A DNA stretch of 64,000 bases from Puccinia triticina (taxonomy: Eukaryota). The stretch lies in NCBI GenBank assembly GCA_026914245.1, contig CP110440.1:1612001-1676000 (forward strand), written 5' to 3'. The notes beneath the pieces are model-generated. The model was not told the origin of the DNA. It searched no databases and worked only from the letters and a program-made list of their open reading frames with translations. Within the stretch, counting starts at the first letter, position 1. Each line of letters opens with the position of its first letter. Both the position numbers and the translations under genes were made by a program. Below, piece after piece: positions 48,097 through 59,899 of the stretch.

Positions 48097-49329
48097 GGCG
48101 GAAGTGAGAGTTATTCGGTGGGTGTGCGGTTACTTTGGTAGTGAGTGTTTGGAGGGCTGGACGGAAGAGAACGACTGGAAGTGTGTGCTGGGGTAGAAAG
48201 ACTGGAATGGGATGAAGAAAGTAGACGAAGTGGAGAAAATATCAAGACACTTTATAGTATTTCCTTAACTCTTGAAGCTGAAGAACAGCGCCCGACGTTC
48301 AGAAGGCGATCTGCCACAAGACTGCCATCAGTGAGCAGTTATCCAGATCATCCATAAGTGCGCGGTAGGTCCTCAGATTATGGATAACAACTCAGATCAT
48401 GTCCAACGACCCGATGGACGCCATATCCGGAGTCCTGGTAGGCAAGCCCTCAGCGAGATGATCCTCATGGATGAAGGCTGGTTGTCTAGATTCGCGATGG
48501 TACGGGCACCGCTAGTCCGGGACGGCATAACAAGATGAGGCGGCACAACCCACTGCTACCGCCTCCCGCCATTCGGACTGAATCTAGGTCTGAGGCTAGG
48601 GATAGGAGGATTTGGCACCCGCCATTAGGGCAGTTCCCAGGGCATTTCACGTTCCGCCAAGACATTACGTTTTAAAAGGTTGGTTTGCTGATGCACAGTT
48701 TTACAATCATGGTGTAATAGTAATTTCAGTGCAAAACCTTCTTCAATAACCCAATGGCAATAGCAGAGTCTATGTACCAAGGTGTTAATATAGAGTTGGC
48801 TGCAGCTGTAAATATCATCAGATTCAAGGCCAGCATGAAAAAGTAACTCAAAGCACTTCAACCTCACATGTGACTTGGGATGTATTTTTGGTTCTCAAAA
48901 TGGAGCTACATACCAGCCACAACCTCCTGGCTGGTGGGCACAATCTTCCAGAGAAAGTATCTGAAAGAGGGTTATACAAGGAGCTCACTGCACAAGGTAC
49001 CCCAAAAAAGTGGATTGGATTGTCGTCGACGTGTTAAGCTGTCACGTCGTCCCAGTAGGATAGTGCATCTTGAGAGTAAAAGATTTCGTGCTGTGAGAGA
49101 AGGTTGCTATGAAAAAATTGCATCACATTTTTAGGCATCTTGTATGTATCATTTTTATCAATAAATCTACAACAGTTTTTTTTTTTCGGGTTATGTATAC
49201 ATCTGGAGAAACATACAACTGGTTGAAACATACCGACGACCATGTCGGTCTAAAAAATAAAACAACGCATCCACCCTGGCTTTCTGGGCCCATCATCGGC
49301 AAGTCAGCCCCGCTTTTGGCAGTCATCTT

Positions 49330-50906
49330 TCAGGCGTAGGTTAAAATGTTGAACTCTTGAGAGGTCTTTTCCTTGCCTGTAAAAAAAACCCCAATTCAAG
49401 AGAACAGTCAACCAAAAAAACAAGTTACAATGTTTTTGTCAGAGTGAATCAACATACCTCCGTAAGAAAAGATTGCGAAATCGGTGCCGTCTTGGGATTT
49501 GCAGGGATGTACGCCTCCTTCATGAAGAACTTGGCACACGAACAAGAATCTGCACCCACAAATGAAGTCGGATTAGAATCAGGGTGTGGACTGCTCCGAT
49601 ATAAAGGATAGCTAACCTTCCATCTTCTTCTCGGCCTCCCTCCACAGGTTGCCAGCCCTGAGCTTGAATAACTCCATGGCTCGGAGAGTGGTTCACCCAC
49701 TTGACGGAATTTTTATCACCGCACAAGATCTAAAATAACTCTTGTTAGATTTCTATCCAGTTTCACAGTGATCCGATCAAGAAGGAGAGTTGCAGTCAAA
49801 CTCACTTCGAACTTATCAAAGTCGTTATGCTCTTTACCGCCATAACCAATCACACAACCGCCCAAGTGATTCGAGACTTTTCCAACATGTAAGCCCCCCT
49901 TGTAGTAGGTTCTACCTATATACAATGTGTGTCCTCCTTCGCGACCACCTTCAATAGCATTGTTAGGGATCGGGTCACTTTTGCTGATTAGCATCCAGTA
50001 AACGGGCGGACTTTGGCCACCCGCAGAGCTTGAAGAAGAAAGGAAGCAACAGTCAAATGATTACGGAATTAGCAAGAGTAGAAGGCGAGGTGTGTGCGTG
50101 CACAAGGAAACGCTCACTAGTGCTGGGTGTGTGCATGGGCACCCTGGAGCCATTTCTCACGGCTGGATTCGTTGATCCAGGCTTGCTTTTTGGACTCTTC
50201 TACGGCCTGGTTCTTGTGCTTACTGTAAGCATAAACACCGCCGCCGATCGCTTAATCAAAAGAAGGAAAAATCAGCAATGAATTGTCACAGAAGAGTCCA
50301 ACATAAGAAGTATCACCCGCACTAACCAAGTGCACCTAGGATACCACCCCCGATCTCGAGCTTGTGTTTCTTCGTCTCATCCAGCCAACCCTCGTCTTTC
50401 TTTTCACCCTCTGGGTGGTCATATCTATCATCCTTGTGCTCATCGTGGCCCCATCCGCCTGGTGGACATTTGAAATGAATGTTAATAGACGGACAACTAT
50501 GAGGCAGAACACAGCAATGTGAAGCCTGACATACCAGGTTGAGGCATGTTTTGTTGGCCATAACCTCCGCCGCCTCCGGATTGGTCAACGAAGCCTTGGT
50601 TCTGATTGCGATGGTGCTCTTCGACACCATGGTGAGTTTCACCGGACCGGTATTGATGGTGGGACTCCTCTGGCAATCGGGACCAGAGTGCAGGAACAAC
50701 AGGCGGCTGCCAGTTCGGCTCGGATTGATGAGGTTGGACGATTTTATAGAGGTGACCTTCGTAATCTACGACGGCATCAGGTCCGTACTGGGTCCAAGCC
50801 TCCCTGATTAAATTATTCGTATCATTGAGGGAGTGAGCGGTGGCGACGACCAGAATAACATGTCAACCATAGAGCGAGTAAACATCACTAACCATTGGTA
50901 GACCAT
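49330..50906 (-). CDS. CBM5/12 (ChtBD3-like) module plus DM9/DUF3421 repeats, a lectin-like protein, multi-exon
   Basis: MVYQW|EAWTQYGPDAVVDYEGHLYKIVQPHQSEPNWQPPVVPALW; DM9 units NAIEGGREGGHTLYIGRTYYKGGLHVGKV..YGGKE and VEGGREEDGR|FLFVCQVLHEGGVHPCK..YGG|KE. Confidence 0.8.
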
Positions 50907-51332
50907 TTTGGTTGTTTGTGATTGCAAGAGGTTTCTGGACAAGAATCAGTTGGACTTCGGTAAGGAAACTCTTGGGGAGGGATAAGCAGACGATGGGTTC
51001 TGGCTCGAGAAGGTCTTGCCGATCAGACTGCTGCAGATATTTGAAAGGCGAAGGCAGATCACATCACATCCAACTTCACCGCCACCAGTCCTGACGTCAT
51101 CCTTACAATAACCGGCAAGGTTACTAAATATGTATAACACACATACTCACATTAGTATAAACACATACAAATAGTAAATGTCCATCGAGGATTCGAGTCG
51201 CATCGAGCCAGAACACAAGCTTGGCTCTTGGCTGGCCAGTGCAAAACAAACCTTGGAATAGGGCAAGGCAATGGCAAACAACCCGTCTGCAACCAAACTC
51301 GCAATGACAGTGTCTCAGGTACATAAAGTAAC

Positions 51333-51440
51333 TAACTTAACTAAGTCCCTCTCTATGTGGAGGGGGGACGCTGTCCCGCAGGGACCCTCCGAAGGAGGGG
51401 TCGCTTCGCTCCCCCGAGGAGGAGGGACTTAGCTAAATTA
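51333..51440. mobile_element. Small inverted-repeat (MITE-like) element
   Basis: TAACTTAACTAAGTCCCTC...GAGGGACTTAGCTAAATTA. Confidence 0.5.
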
Positions 51441-52231
51441 GATAAGTAACACGTAAATAAAACATGAAGCGGGCTATCAAGCTGTAATGGGGACTGGGCT
51501 CGTAGCCCGAGGGTGTTAGAGAAACTCCACAACGGCCCCTACTTTTGCTAGCGTCCCTCTGTGATGGGAGGAAGGGTTCCGTCCCGCAGGGAGGGTGTTA
51601 TTTTAAGATGTGTGGCTGGTTTCAAATTCAGTTTGGCCCGTTGAATGGACTGGCTCTCGTTGTGGCATCATAGGCAACAGCATTGACTTGTGCAAGAATG
51701 CGGCAATGCCTTTGCATCTGGGACGTTTGTTGGTATTATCCATCGCGCTGAATACTTCCTTACTTCAACCATCGTTCAACCTTTGTTTGTTGAAGAATTG
51801 TGGCAGCACTGTCAATCTGGGTAATCAACCTTCATCCTCCTTCATCCATAAGGATTATCTCGCTGAGTGCTTGCCTACCAGGACTCCCGATGTCTACCTC
51901 CATGGCGACCATCGAGTCGTTGGACATGATCTGAGTTGTTATCCATAATCTGAGGACCTGCCGCGCACCTATGGATGATCTAGATAACTGCTCACTAATG
52001 ACAGTCCTGAGGCACATTGCCTGCTGAACACCGGGCGCTGTTCTTCAGCTTCAAGAGTTGAGGAAATGGTATAAAGTGTCTAGGTATCTTCCTCACTTTT
52101 TCTACTGCCTTCATCCCATTCCAATCGTTCTACCCCAGTGCACACTTCCAGTCGTTCTCTTCCGCGTCCAGGCCTCCAAACACTCACTACCAAAGTAACC
52201 GCTCACCCACCGAATAACTCTCACTTACGCC

Positions 52232-53160
52232 ATGTTTTCTAAAGCTTCGTCTTTTGTTCTCCTACTCGTTGCCAGTGAGTCTTGATTGACTGACCCCGGC
52301 GCAAGACAAAGCTAACTAACTTGACCTTGCGAAACCAAAAACGCAGGTTTTTCTTTCGACGCGCATGCCGTTCCCGCAACAGCCAAGCCGGCCCTACTGC
52401 CGCGTCAAGCATCCAGTTTTGCAACAAGCGCATCGGCAAGCTCCTCCGTTCAAGTCCAGAGTTTCCAGGCCAGCTGGCAGTCGCTGTCTCAGTCATTCGT
52501 CCAGACTCAATCCGTTTTCGAGCAGCGAGCAGATGTCAGCGTTGCGTACAGATCCGTCCAAACCCTCTATCAGAGCTATCAATCGACGGTCTCCCAGTAC
52601 CAATCCTGCAACCTTTGCAATCCTGGCTTGTCTCAAAGTGGCTTCCAAGTTCGTCCTCTGTAATTTTGCTTCTTTGTGAAATCTTGCATCATAAAAAACA
52701 GACACAATTGGCTGATGACATGCATATCTATTTGTCTCTCCAGGCGCAATTTCAGCAATCCATAACGACGATGTACAGATCTTTCCAATCTATCATCATC
52801 ATCGGCAAACAGACCTATGGTTACCGATGGGAAACACAGTTTACTCGTGCGTTTAACCTCGTCTTTTCTGCCAAATTTTGGCACACGTCCAAAAGAAGGA
52901 CATTGACCGACGATTGAACATTGTCTGCATCTACAGAGGTGTTCCGAAAGATGACCTCGTTCGGAAGCTTCTGTCAGACGGTCGCTTCCGGCTTGCAGAT
53001 CGACTTGAGTGGCATCTTAGGTGGACTGGGTCTTAACATCAATTTGTTTGTCAACATCGGGATCAACCTGGGTGGAATCCTCGGCGGACCTGGCGGGGGC
53101 TTGCTCGGCAGTGTCCTTGGTGGAGGACCAAACAGCGGCTTAGTTGGGGGCTTGCTTTGA
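52232..53160 (+). CDS. Small secreted S/Q-rich protein with Gly/Leu-rich C-terminus, paralog 2 (4 exons)
   Basis: MFSKASSFVLLLVA|SFSFDAHAVPATAKPALLPRQ...QSCNLCNPGLSQSGFQ|AQFQQSI...TQFT|QVFRKMTSFGSFCQ...GGLL*; three GT-AG introns restore the frame. Confidence 0.82.
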
Positions 53161-54123
53161 AAATCCAGCGGCATCTCCTTTCATCTCCCATTTTGCACTA
53201 TCCTTCCATTTGCTTTCGAAGTTTTAGAAGCCACACGTTCATCAAATCCTCCATTCTCTCAATCTCCTTCCCAAACATGACTTGCACGTCTCTGCATAGC
53301 AAATGGCCACTTCATTTGTTACATTCTTTACTGTAAAACTAGAAATATGGACAAGCTCTCAAAATTCAAAGTCTTTTGATTCCCTACTTGACCAAACAGA
53401 TACTCGCTTTGTATTCCCTCGAGAGTTGGAGAAGTACGTCTACATACTCGAAAGCTCTGAATGTCTTTCATCATTACCAAGACGCGTGGAAAGTTTGGGC
53501 TGGTTTCAAAGCACATTCCCATTAGTACAATTCATTCAGCTGTGACCGGTTGTGTTTTTGTTTGTGCCACATGGCTAGACGGGGCATGACATGAAGGTTC
53601 CAATCCATGGATGGCCAAATCACTTGCTTATAGTGGGCGATGTAAGGGATTCATGCTCAATTAATTCGCCGCAGCCACTTGAAGGGATTTATATCAACCC
53701 ATTGGGGCATATGAGGCCGTCCAGTTATGAAGCTTAGAGCTAGAGACGAGGGCGCTCAGGTCCCCGCTAGACAGGGTCACAGTAATGGCAGGCTTTGTTT
53801 CGGCTATTTGCAGCCTTTAACGAGCCTGGCAGGTCAACAAAATTGTGCGGCGAATGTGTCACAAAAGTGCCCGAGTAATCGGCCGTACGGCCGGACTCAT
53901 ACGGACAGTGAATGACCTCAGTCTCACTACTGGCAAGGGTCACTTTTTGTTGGCTGCCGCACAAACGGTGAACTCCCTCCGCCAGAAGCTCCCGGATCGT
54001 TTGACTCTCCTGAACCGTTCTCGTTCATCAAAATAGCTTACAACAGCGATATATAGATGTCACGTTTTTCATGGAGAAGTTTCGACTTCTCACGTTCCAT
54101 TCGTCGCTCACAAACCTGTTAAA

Positions 54124-55040
54124 ATGACTCGCTTGACTTCCTTCCGATATATTTGTGCCTGGCTCCTTCTAGTGCTTTGGTCCGATCTTTGTCTTGGCTC
54201 ACCAACCCCGAGAAAAACCCCGCTTGATACCCATCCAGACAACAACCAACCCGACCTTGAGGCTGATAGAGCTCTTGCTCCAAATATCACTAATCTTGAT
54301 AGCGGTGATCCGACTCCCAACACCACAGCCCCTGGTGATCGTAATACCAATTCCAATAACATCCATCCAACTGGAACCAATCTAAATTCAAGCACGACAC
54401 ATGATGGTATTGTCGATTACAATCCAAGCGACGATGATGAATTTGACGATGATGATGACGACAACGACGACGATGATGGTGATTGGAATGAGGATCCGAG
54501 TGATGATGCGAATACAAATGATAATGTGGTGAGTCATTTGCTACTTTTTTCGATGCGGCTTACGCTGAACGAGCTCTATAAATACCTGGGCTGGACAGTC
54601 TGAAGAGCCTAAATATTGACGAGACTGGTACACACATTCAGGCTGATTGTAATCCGGATACACCAACGCAACCCACGTGGCCAGATGATGGAAATCAGAA
54701 GTCGGATTCTTCCAGTGACCAAGAGCAGAATGGTGGGAAGCGCTTAGTAGGCTTTTTGTTGCGCATTTTTAATATAACTTTTTTTTTGGAAGCAAATGCT
54801 AACACTTTCTTTCATGTGGCTTAGGTGGCACCCAACTCAACTAATCCCGGACAGGGATCCAACATAGGGAAAAACATTTCTTCAAGCACGCAGGAACACG
54901 TAAGTCATGTTTACGTCATTCCGAGTTTCAAAAGAAAGCAATGATTGTTTACTGACCCTATGAACTCCAGAATACCGCACACGGGCTCCTGATCAGCCTA
55001 CGTGGAATGTGGCATCTTACTTTCTTCGCAATTATCTGGG
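54124..55040 (+). CDS. Putative secreted D/N/P-rich low-complexity protein (candidate effector); 3' exon structure uncertain
   Basis: Signal-peptide-like MTRLTSFRYICAWLLLVLWSDLCLG-SP, poly-Asp tract, donor GTGAGT at 54529 and further exon-like blocks. Confidence 0.55.
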
Positions 55041-55690
55041 GGAATCTGCTGATAATATTGTGAAACCAAGTTTTCACTTGACTGTTGTTCTTATCCTCCT
55101 CTTTCCAACTGCCGTTCAGTTCATCCACACTCATCAGATTTGTATCCGTTCAAACAAAAGTTTATCATTTTTCCAGATGTCTTTCTCTCTACCATTCTGT
55201 GTGGAATGAATCTCCTCGTCATATGTATTCTCTCAAAAAAGTAAACCCCCGATGGGTAGGTGCTTGGCGGGTTCAGTGGAGAATACTCCAAATATAGTGA
55301 AAATGAACCCGTAAAGTGATATTAAGAATCGTGTATCCATGCAGAAGAGGAAGAAATGATTGATTTGTCCTTGTAGGGCCGCCGACCTCGAGCGGTTCAA
55401 CTATACAAAGACGACAACATTTTGTGCTCCTCAAATGTGAGATTCCTAAAAAATCAAAAAGAATTGCAGTGAGAAAAGGAAAGGAAACAGAACACAACTG
55501 CAAAGAAACACAAAACAGACATCAAATAGCAAGATAACAAAAAGAGATCTAATCTGGATGAAAAAAAAACCGCTACACATCAAGTCATGCCAATCTGTGT
55601 TTCTTTCTGTGTGGTAGCTTGGAAGATTTGCGCCAAGTCATAAATCTATCTGGTTAAGAGTGCTATGCCCTCTTTCGAAAGTATAACCAC

Positions 55691-58489
55691 TCAATCATCA
55701 CCACTGTAAAAATGAGTCCAGACGTCAGATAATTGCGCGACAAAAAAAAAATGAAAACGGGAATGCCACTAACAGGAAAAAGTAAGATCCCGATGCTGGT
55801 GGAAACCCAAGACAAAGGAAGCAGTCAATACAGTGATAATGAGCTGAAACAACAGAAGAAGCGATGATTACCCTTTTGTTCCTTATCTTTCAATGAATCG
55901 GTTTTGTTGATTCGAGGTCTGAAGTTCGAAGGGTCTCTCCGGAAGGTAATCTCAAGCGAGCCCAAGAACTGTTTGTCACAAAGAAGAGGATTTCAGAAGA
56001 ACGTTTCTCTTGACTGTGGCTTGAAGGGCTCTTACCTTGTTCATGCCAGTCAAAAGGTTCTGGGGCCTGAAAATAACAATCAAAGAAAGCATTTTCTTTT
56101 TTGGCTTAATAAACTCGGTTGAGTTTCGAAGCAACGAAAGACTCTTACGCATGGGCAGTGGCTTCTATAGATGGCTTTCCGTCATACACAATCACTCGGT
56201 CGGCTAGGTAAGTTGCCCTGTGACATTAAATTGATTGTGATCAGAGAGTGTTCGACATACTTGACGGTCGTGAACGAAGGCAGTCCCTTACATGATCTGT
56301 AGAAAAAGGAATGAAGAATGAGCATAAACCAACATTTGTTTATTTGGTCTTAAGGTTTTAAGACACGAATTCAAGTGACTCACAAAATCGTGCTCGACAA
56401 TAAAAGCAGTTTTCTTAACTGTCATGATGTAACGCTTGATGATCTTTGAAGTTACGATACGCTGTTCAGAATCAAGGTAGGCACTTGGCTCGTCGATCAA
56501 AAATATATCTGTTCGAGGTTTGCCCAAGGCCAAGACTAGAGCGACTCGCTGAAGTTCACCTCCGGAAAGGGTGAGGACTTCCTGATCCATAAGGCCTTCG
56601 ATGTTCAATGGCTTGATAACGTCGGCCTGGAATTGAGGATGTAAGAACATCTCTTTAATCTGTTTGATCAAAAGCATCCGAACCGATCCCTTGAACTTGG
56701 GCGCGATCGTTTGTGGTTTCAATGATACTCGTTCAGGGTTGTATGGAAGCGTTAGATCGGCCTCATCAGGTTTGATCTTGTCGGCAATCAACTTTACAAA
56801 TGTCGTCTTTCCGGTTCCATTCTCTCCCAACATCACGATGATCTCCGAATCCGTGAAGTTTCCTGCTTCAACATGCAGCTTGAAGTTTCCCTGAGTTTTC
56901 GTCATGGCCGGGTATTTGTAACTGCGAGAGGATTCAACTACTATGTCTTCAGCTGAGTCTGCAATCTTGAAATGTAAAGATTCATCGCGGAATCGCAGAT
57001 TTTCTGTTGGAATCATTCCATCCAGAAATATGTTGATACCTGTAGTAAAATTAGTTATCAGTTTGGCGATGATCTGCCGCTGCTCCTCTTCACCGAGCTA
57101 GTTTGACCAACCTTCACGGACTGAGAATGGCAAGGTGACCACACCATACGCTCCGGGTAGGCCGTACAAACAACATATGAAGTCTGACAAATAATCCAGC
57201 ACAGATAAATCGTGCTCGACACATATGACATAACATGTAGGATGGAGCAAGGATCTGATTGTTCGGGCGGCATTCAACCTCTGCTTGACATCCAAATAGG
57301 AGGAGGGTTCATCAAACATGTAGCTGGGAAGAAAAGTAGAAAACAGCGATCCGTTAGGAGTTAAGATCATGTAAAGGAGGAGTGGTGATCAGTTGTACAT
57401 ACATGTCGGCTTTTTGGACACAACTCATAGCAATAGCAAATCGTTGCAATTCACCACCACTCAGTTGACTGATTTCTCGATCGACAACGTCATTCAAGTC
57501 CAGAACGTTTAGCATCTCTTGTTTCTTTCCGGCTCCATCTTTACCCTCTAGCAGTTCACCCACTTTGCCCTTGACCATCCTGGGAATGTGATCCACGTAT
57601 TGCGGTTTGATGAGAGCCTTGAGATTGTCTTCTAGAATCTTCGTGAAGTAGTTTTGAAGTTCAGAGCCTCGAAAGTGTTTCAAAATTTCTTGCCAATCCG
57701 GAGCAACCTGCATGTTTCAAAAAATCTTAGCTGCTACATTTAAGAACAGTTAAGAACAAACAAAATGAAATAAAGCCTCACATCGAAACGACCAAGGTTG
57801 GGTTTCTGTTTTCCAGCTAGAATTTTCAGGGCTGTACTTTTCCCAATACCGTTTGTACCAACCAAACCAAGCACCTGACCAGGGCGTGGGATCGGCAACC
57901 GATGAAGCTTGAAGGAATTGGCCGAATAACGATGGGTGACTTCCTTCTCGAGGTTGGTTGGTAAATTGATGACGTTGATAGCTTCGAAAGGACATCTAAC
58001 ATCCAATGAGGAATAAAGTGAGCAAAGCACCCAAAAACTTAGGATTTACGGGTGATCGTTCTGCCGACTTTTTGGGACATATACCACAACCAATACACAA
58101 TTCTTCTGAAATGAATGCGATCTGAAATTCGTAAAATTGAAAACATTCACCAAAGGTAAGTTGACGAGCTCTAGGGATTTTCAACAGAGAAAAAGATATC
58201 TACCTTTGAAGTATTTTCGACTTCGATACACAGTTTGCCTGGGGCGCCCAATAGTAATGTAGATTTCGATGAGTTTCATGAATATTTAGTTTTTGAAATC
58301 CAACGTACCCATTCGGACGACCGGACACGATTTTTTACATTCCTGTTTGCACTTTTTCGGTTTACATTCTGATTGAGTTTCGAAGGCAAGGACAAATCAG
58401 TTCATCCGTAAAGGAGTGGAAGATGGAGTCGAAGTAGGTCGCTTACTGTCGGATGAGACGATCGCGATCCTCGTCAGTTTGTCCGACAT
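55691..58489 (-). CDS. RLI1: Ribosome recycling ATPase Rli1/ABCE1, many exons
   Basis: [12 protein letters not shown]; Fe-[18 protein letters not shown] and [10 protein letters not shown]; Walker [10 protein letters not shown] and GENGTGKTT; two LSGGELQR signatures; DEPSSYLD and DEPSAYLD. Confidence 0.96.
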
Positions 58490-59899
58490 TCTTACGAAAC
58501 TGTAATTGGTATTTTTTGGCGATGGTGGTATTGGTCGGACTCCGGGGGTGCGACGGTGAGGTGTCGAGTGGAACGAGGCCCGGATTGGGAAGGGGGTCCC
58601 GCTCGGTGTCGGCTCGCGGTTTTAGCCAGTTTAAGACTTTTGGCACGGGTTTTTGCCTAAAAGCACGAGAACCCTAACCCTACCTCCCCAAATTGCCCAA
58701 GATCCACTCACTTTCCTCGTGTGTTGACCTCGGATATGTTTGCTGTACACGTCTACCTTCAAGTCAGGACAAGTTGATGAAAAAAATTATTTGCGTGTCT
58801 CCAATCTTATCTGGTTGACGATTGTACCGGTTTGTTAATTGTGTGCGCAGGCCCAGGCAGGCCCTCAAAACAGCCAAAAAGTTACCCAAAACCAAGTGTC
58901 TAGTATTATGTATGTATCTATCTAAATATGCACACAAAATACACCAGATTCTTTCCTTTTAATTGATTTCATCTTGAAATTCCTCATCATCAGGACTGTC
59001 GGAGCAGTTATTTTATGCAGTGGTTCATTTCAATGTATTATCCTCATATCACATAATCACTTCCTCCAAATTAAACAGTTTTAAAAGCAATCCTGCTAGG
59101 CAACCTCAAAAACATTTACTATTCTTCAATTAAAAATCATCCTGAATGGTCCCAGGTTCCCTAGGTTCCCTGGTATAAGAGCCACTAATAAGGCTAACTA
59201 AACTGAGTCCGTAATCTGAGGGGAGACCGTGAAGCCTTTGAGGGTTCACAGGAAGATCAAAAATTGATTACATCAGCAACCCGACGAGAGCACTTCATAG
59301 TCCCATCGTCCCCGCGCCCCACCTACTCAGCATAGAGAAGCTGAACTTCTCTCCTGGGCTAGGTGATCTGTTTTTCTTGTTTCATTGTATGTAGAGGAGA
59401 GAGAGAAGCTGAAATTTCCTCCTGAGCTAGAAACAATAAAACATAAGTAGTTCCTAGAATCGGTGCCCATCTGGCCTCGAACCAGTCCCTTAGACTGCCC
59501 AGTGAAGAGTCCTTGATAGGGCTCTTGCGGAGACGCCGCAGGGACCTTCCGAAGGATAATTGGGAAACTTGGTATATAAACACCGCGTTTTTGTAGGTAA
59601 AATATGATAAATTTTGAATCAATTTCGAAGTATAAACGCACGCAACGATTGAGGATTGAAATCTTGCTCCTTTTGAAGTAAAATAAAAAATAAAAAACCA
59701 CAACAAGAAATTTTATGATTGTGACGTGTTTTGAATCATTGATTTCCCAAGAATTTAGTTTGCTTTCCGTTTATTTTCCTGTGCGTAACTAAATAACAGA
59801 TCATTCCTGGGCCCCAACCTATATTCTAAAACACGTTACTGTAAGCGTAGGTTGACAGCCCTCGCCTTCTTTTTCCTGGCTCAATGATGTCGAGATCTT

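Noticed and set aside
59327..59706. Minus-strand ORFs downstream of the laccase
   Set aside because: Could be the laccase last exon or UTR; no reliable junction, so not called separately.
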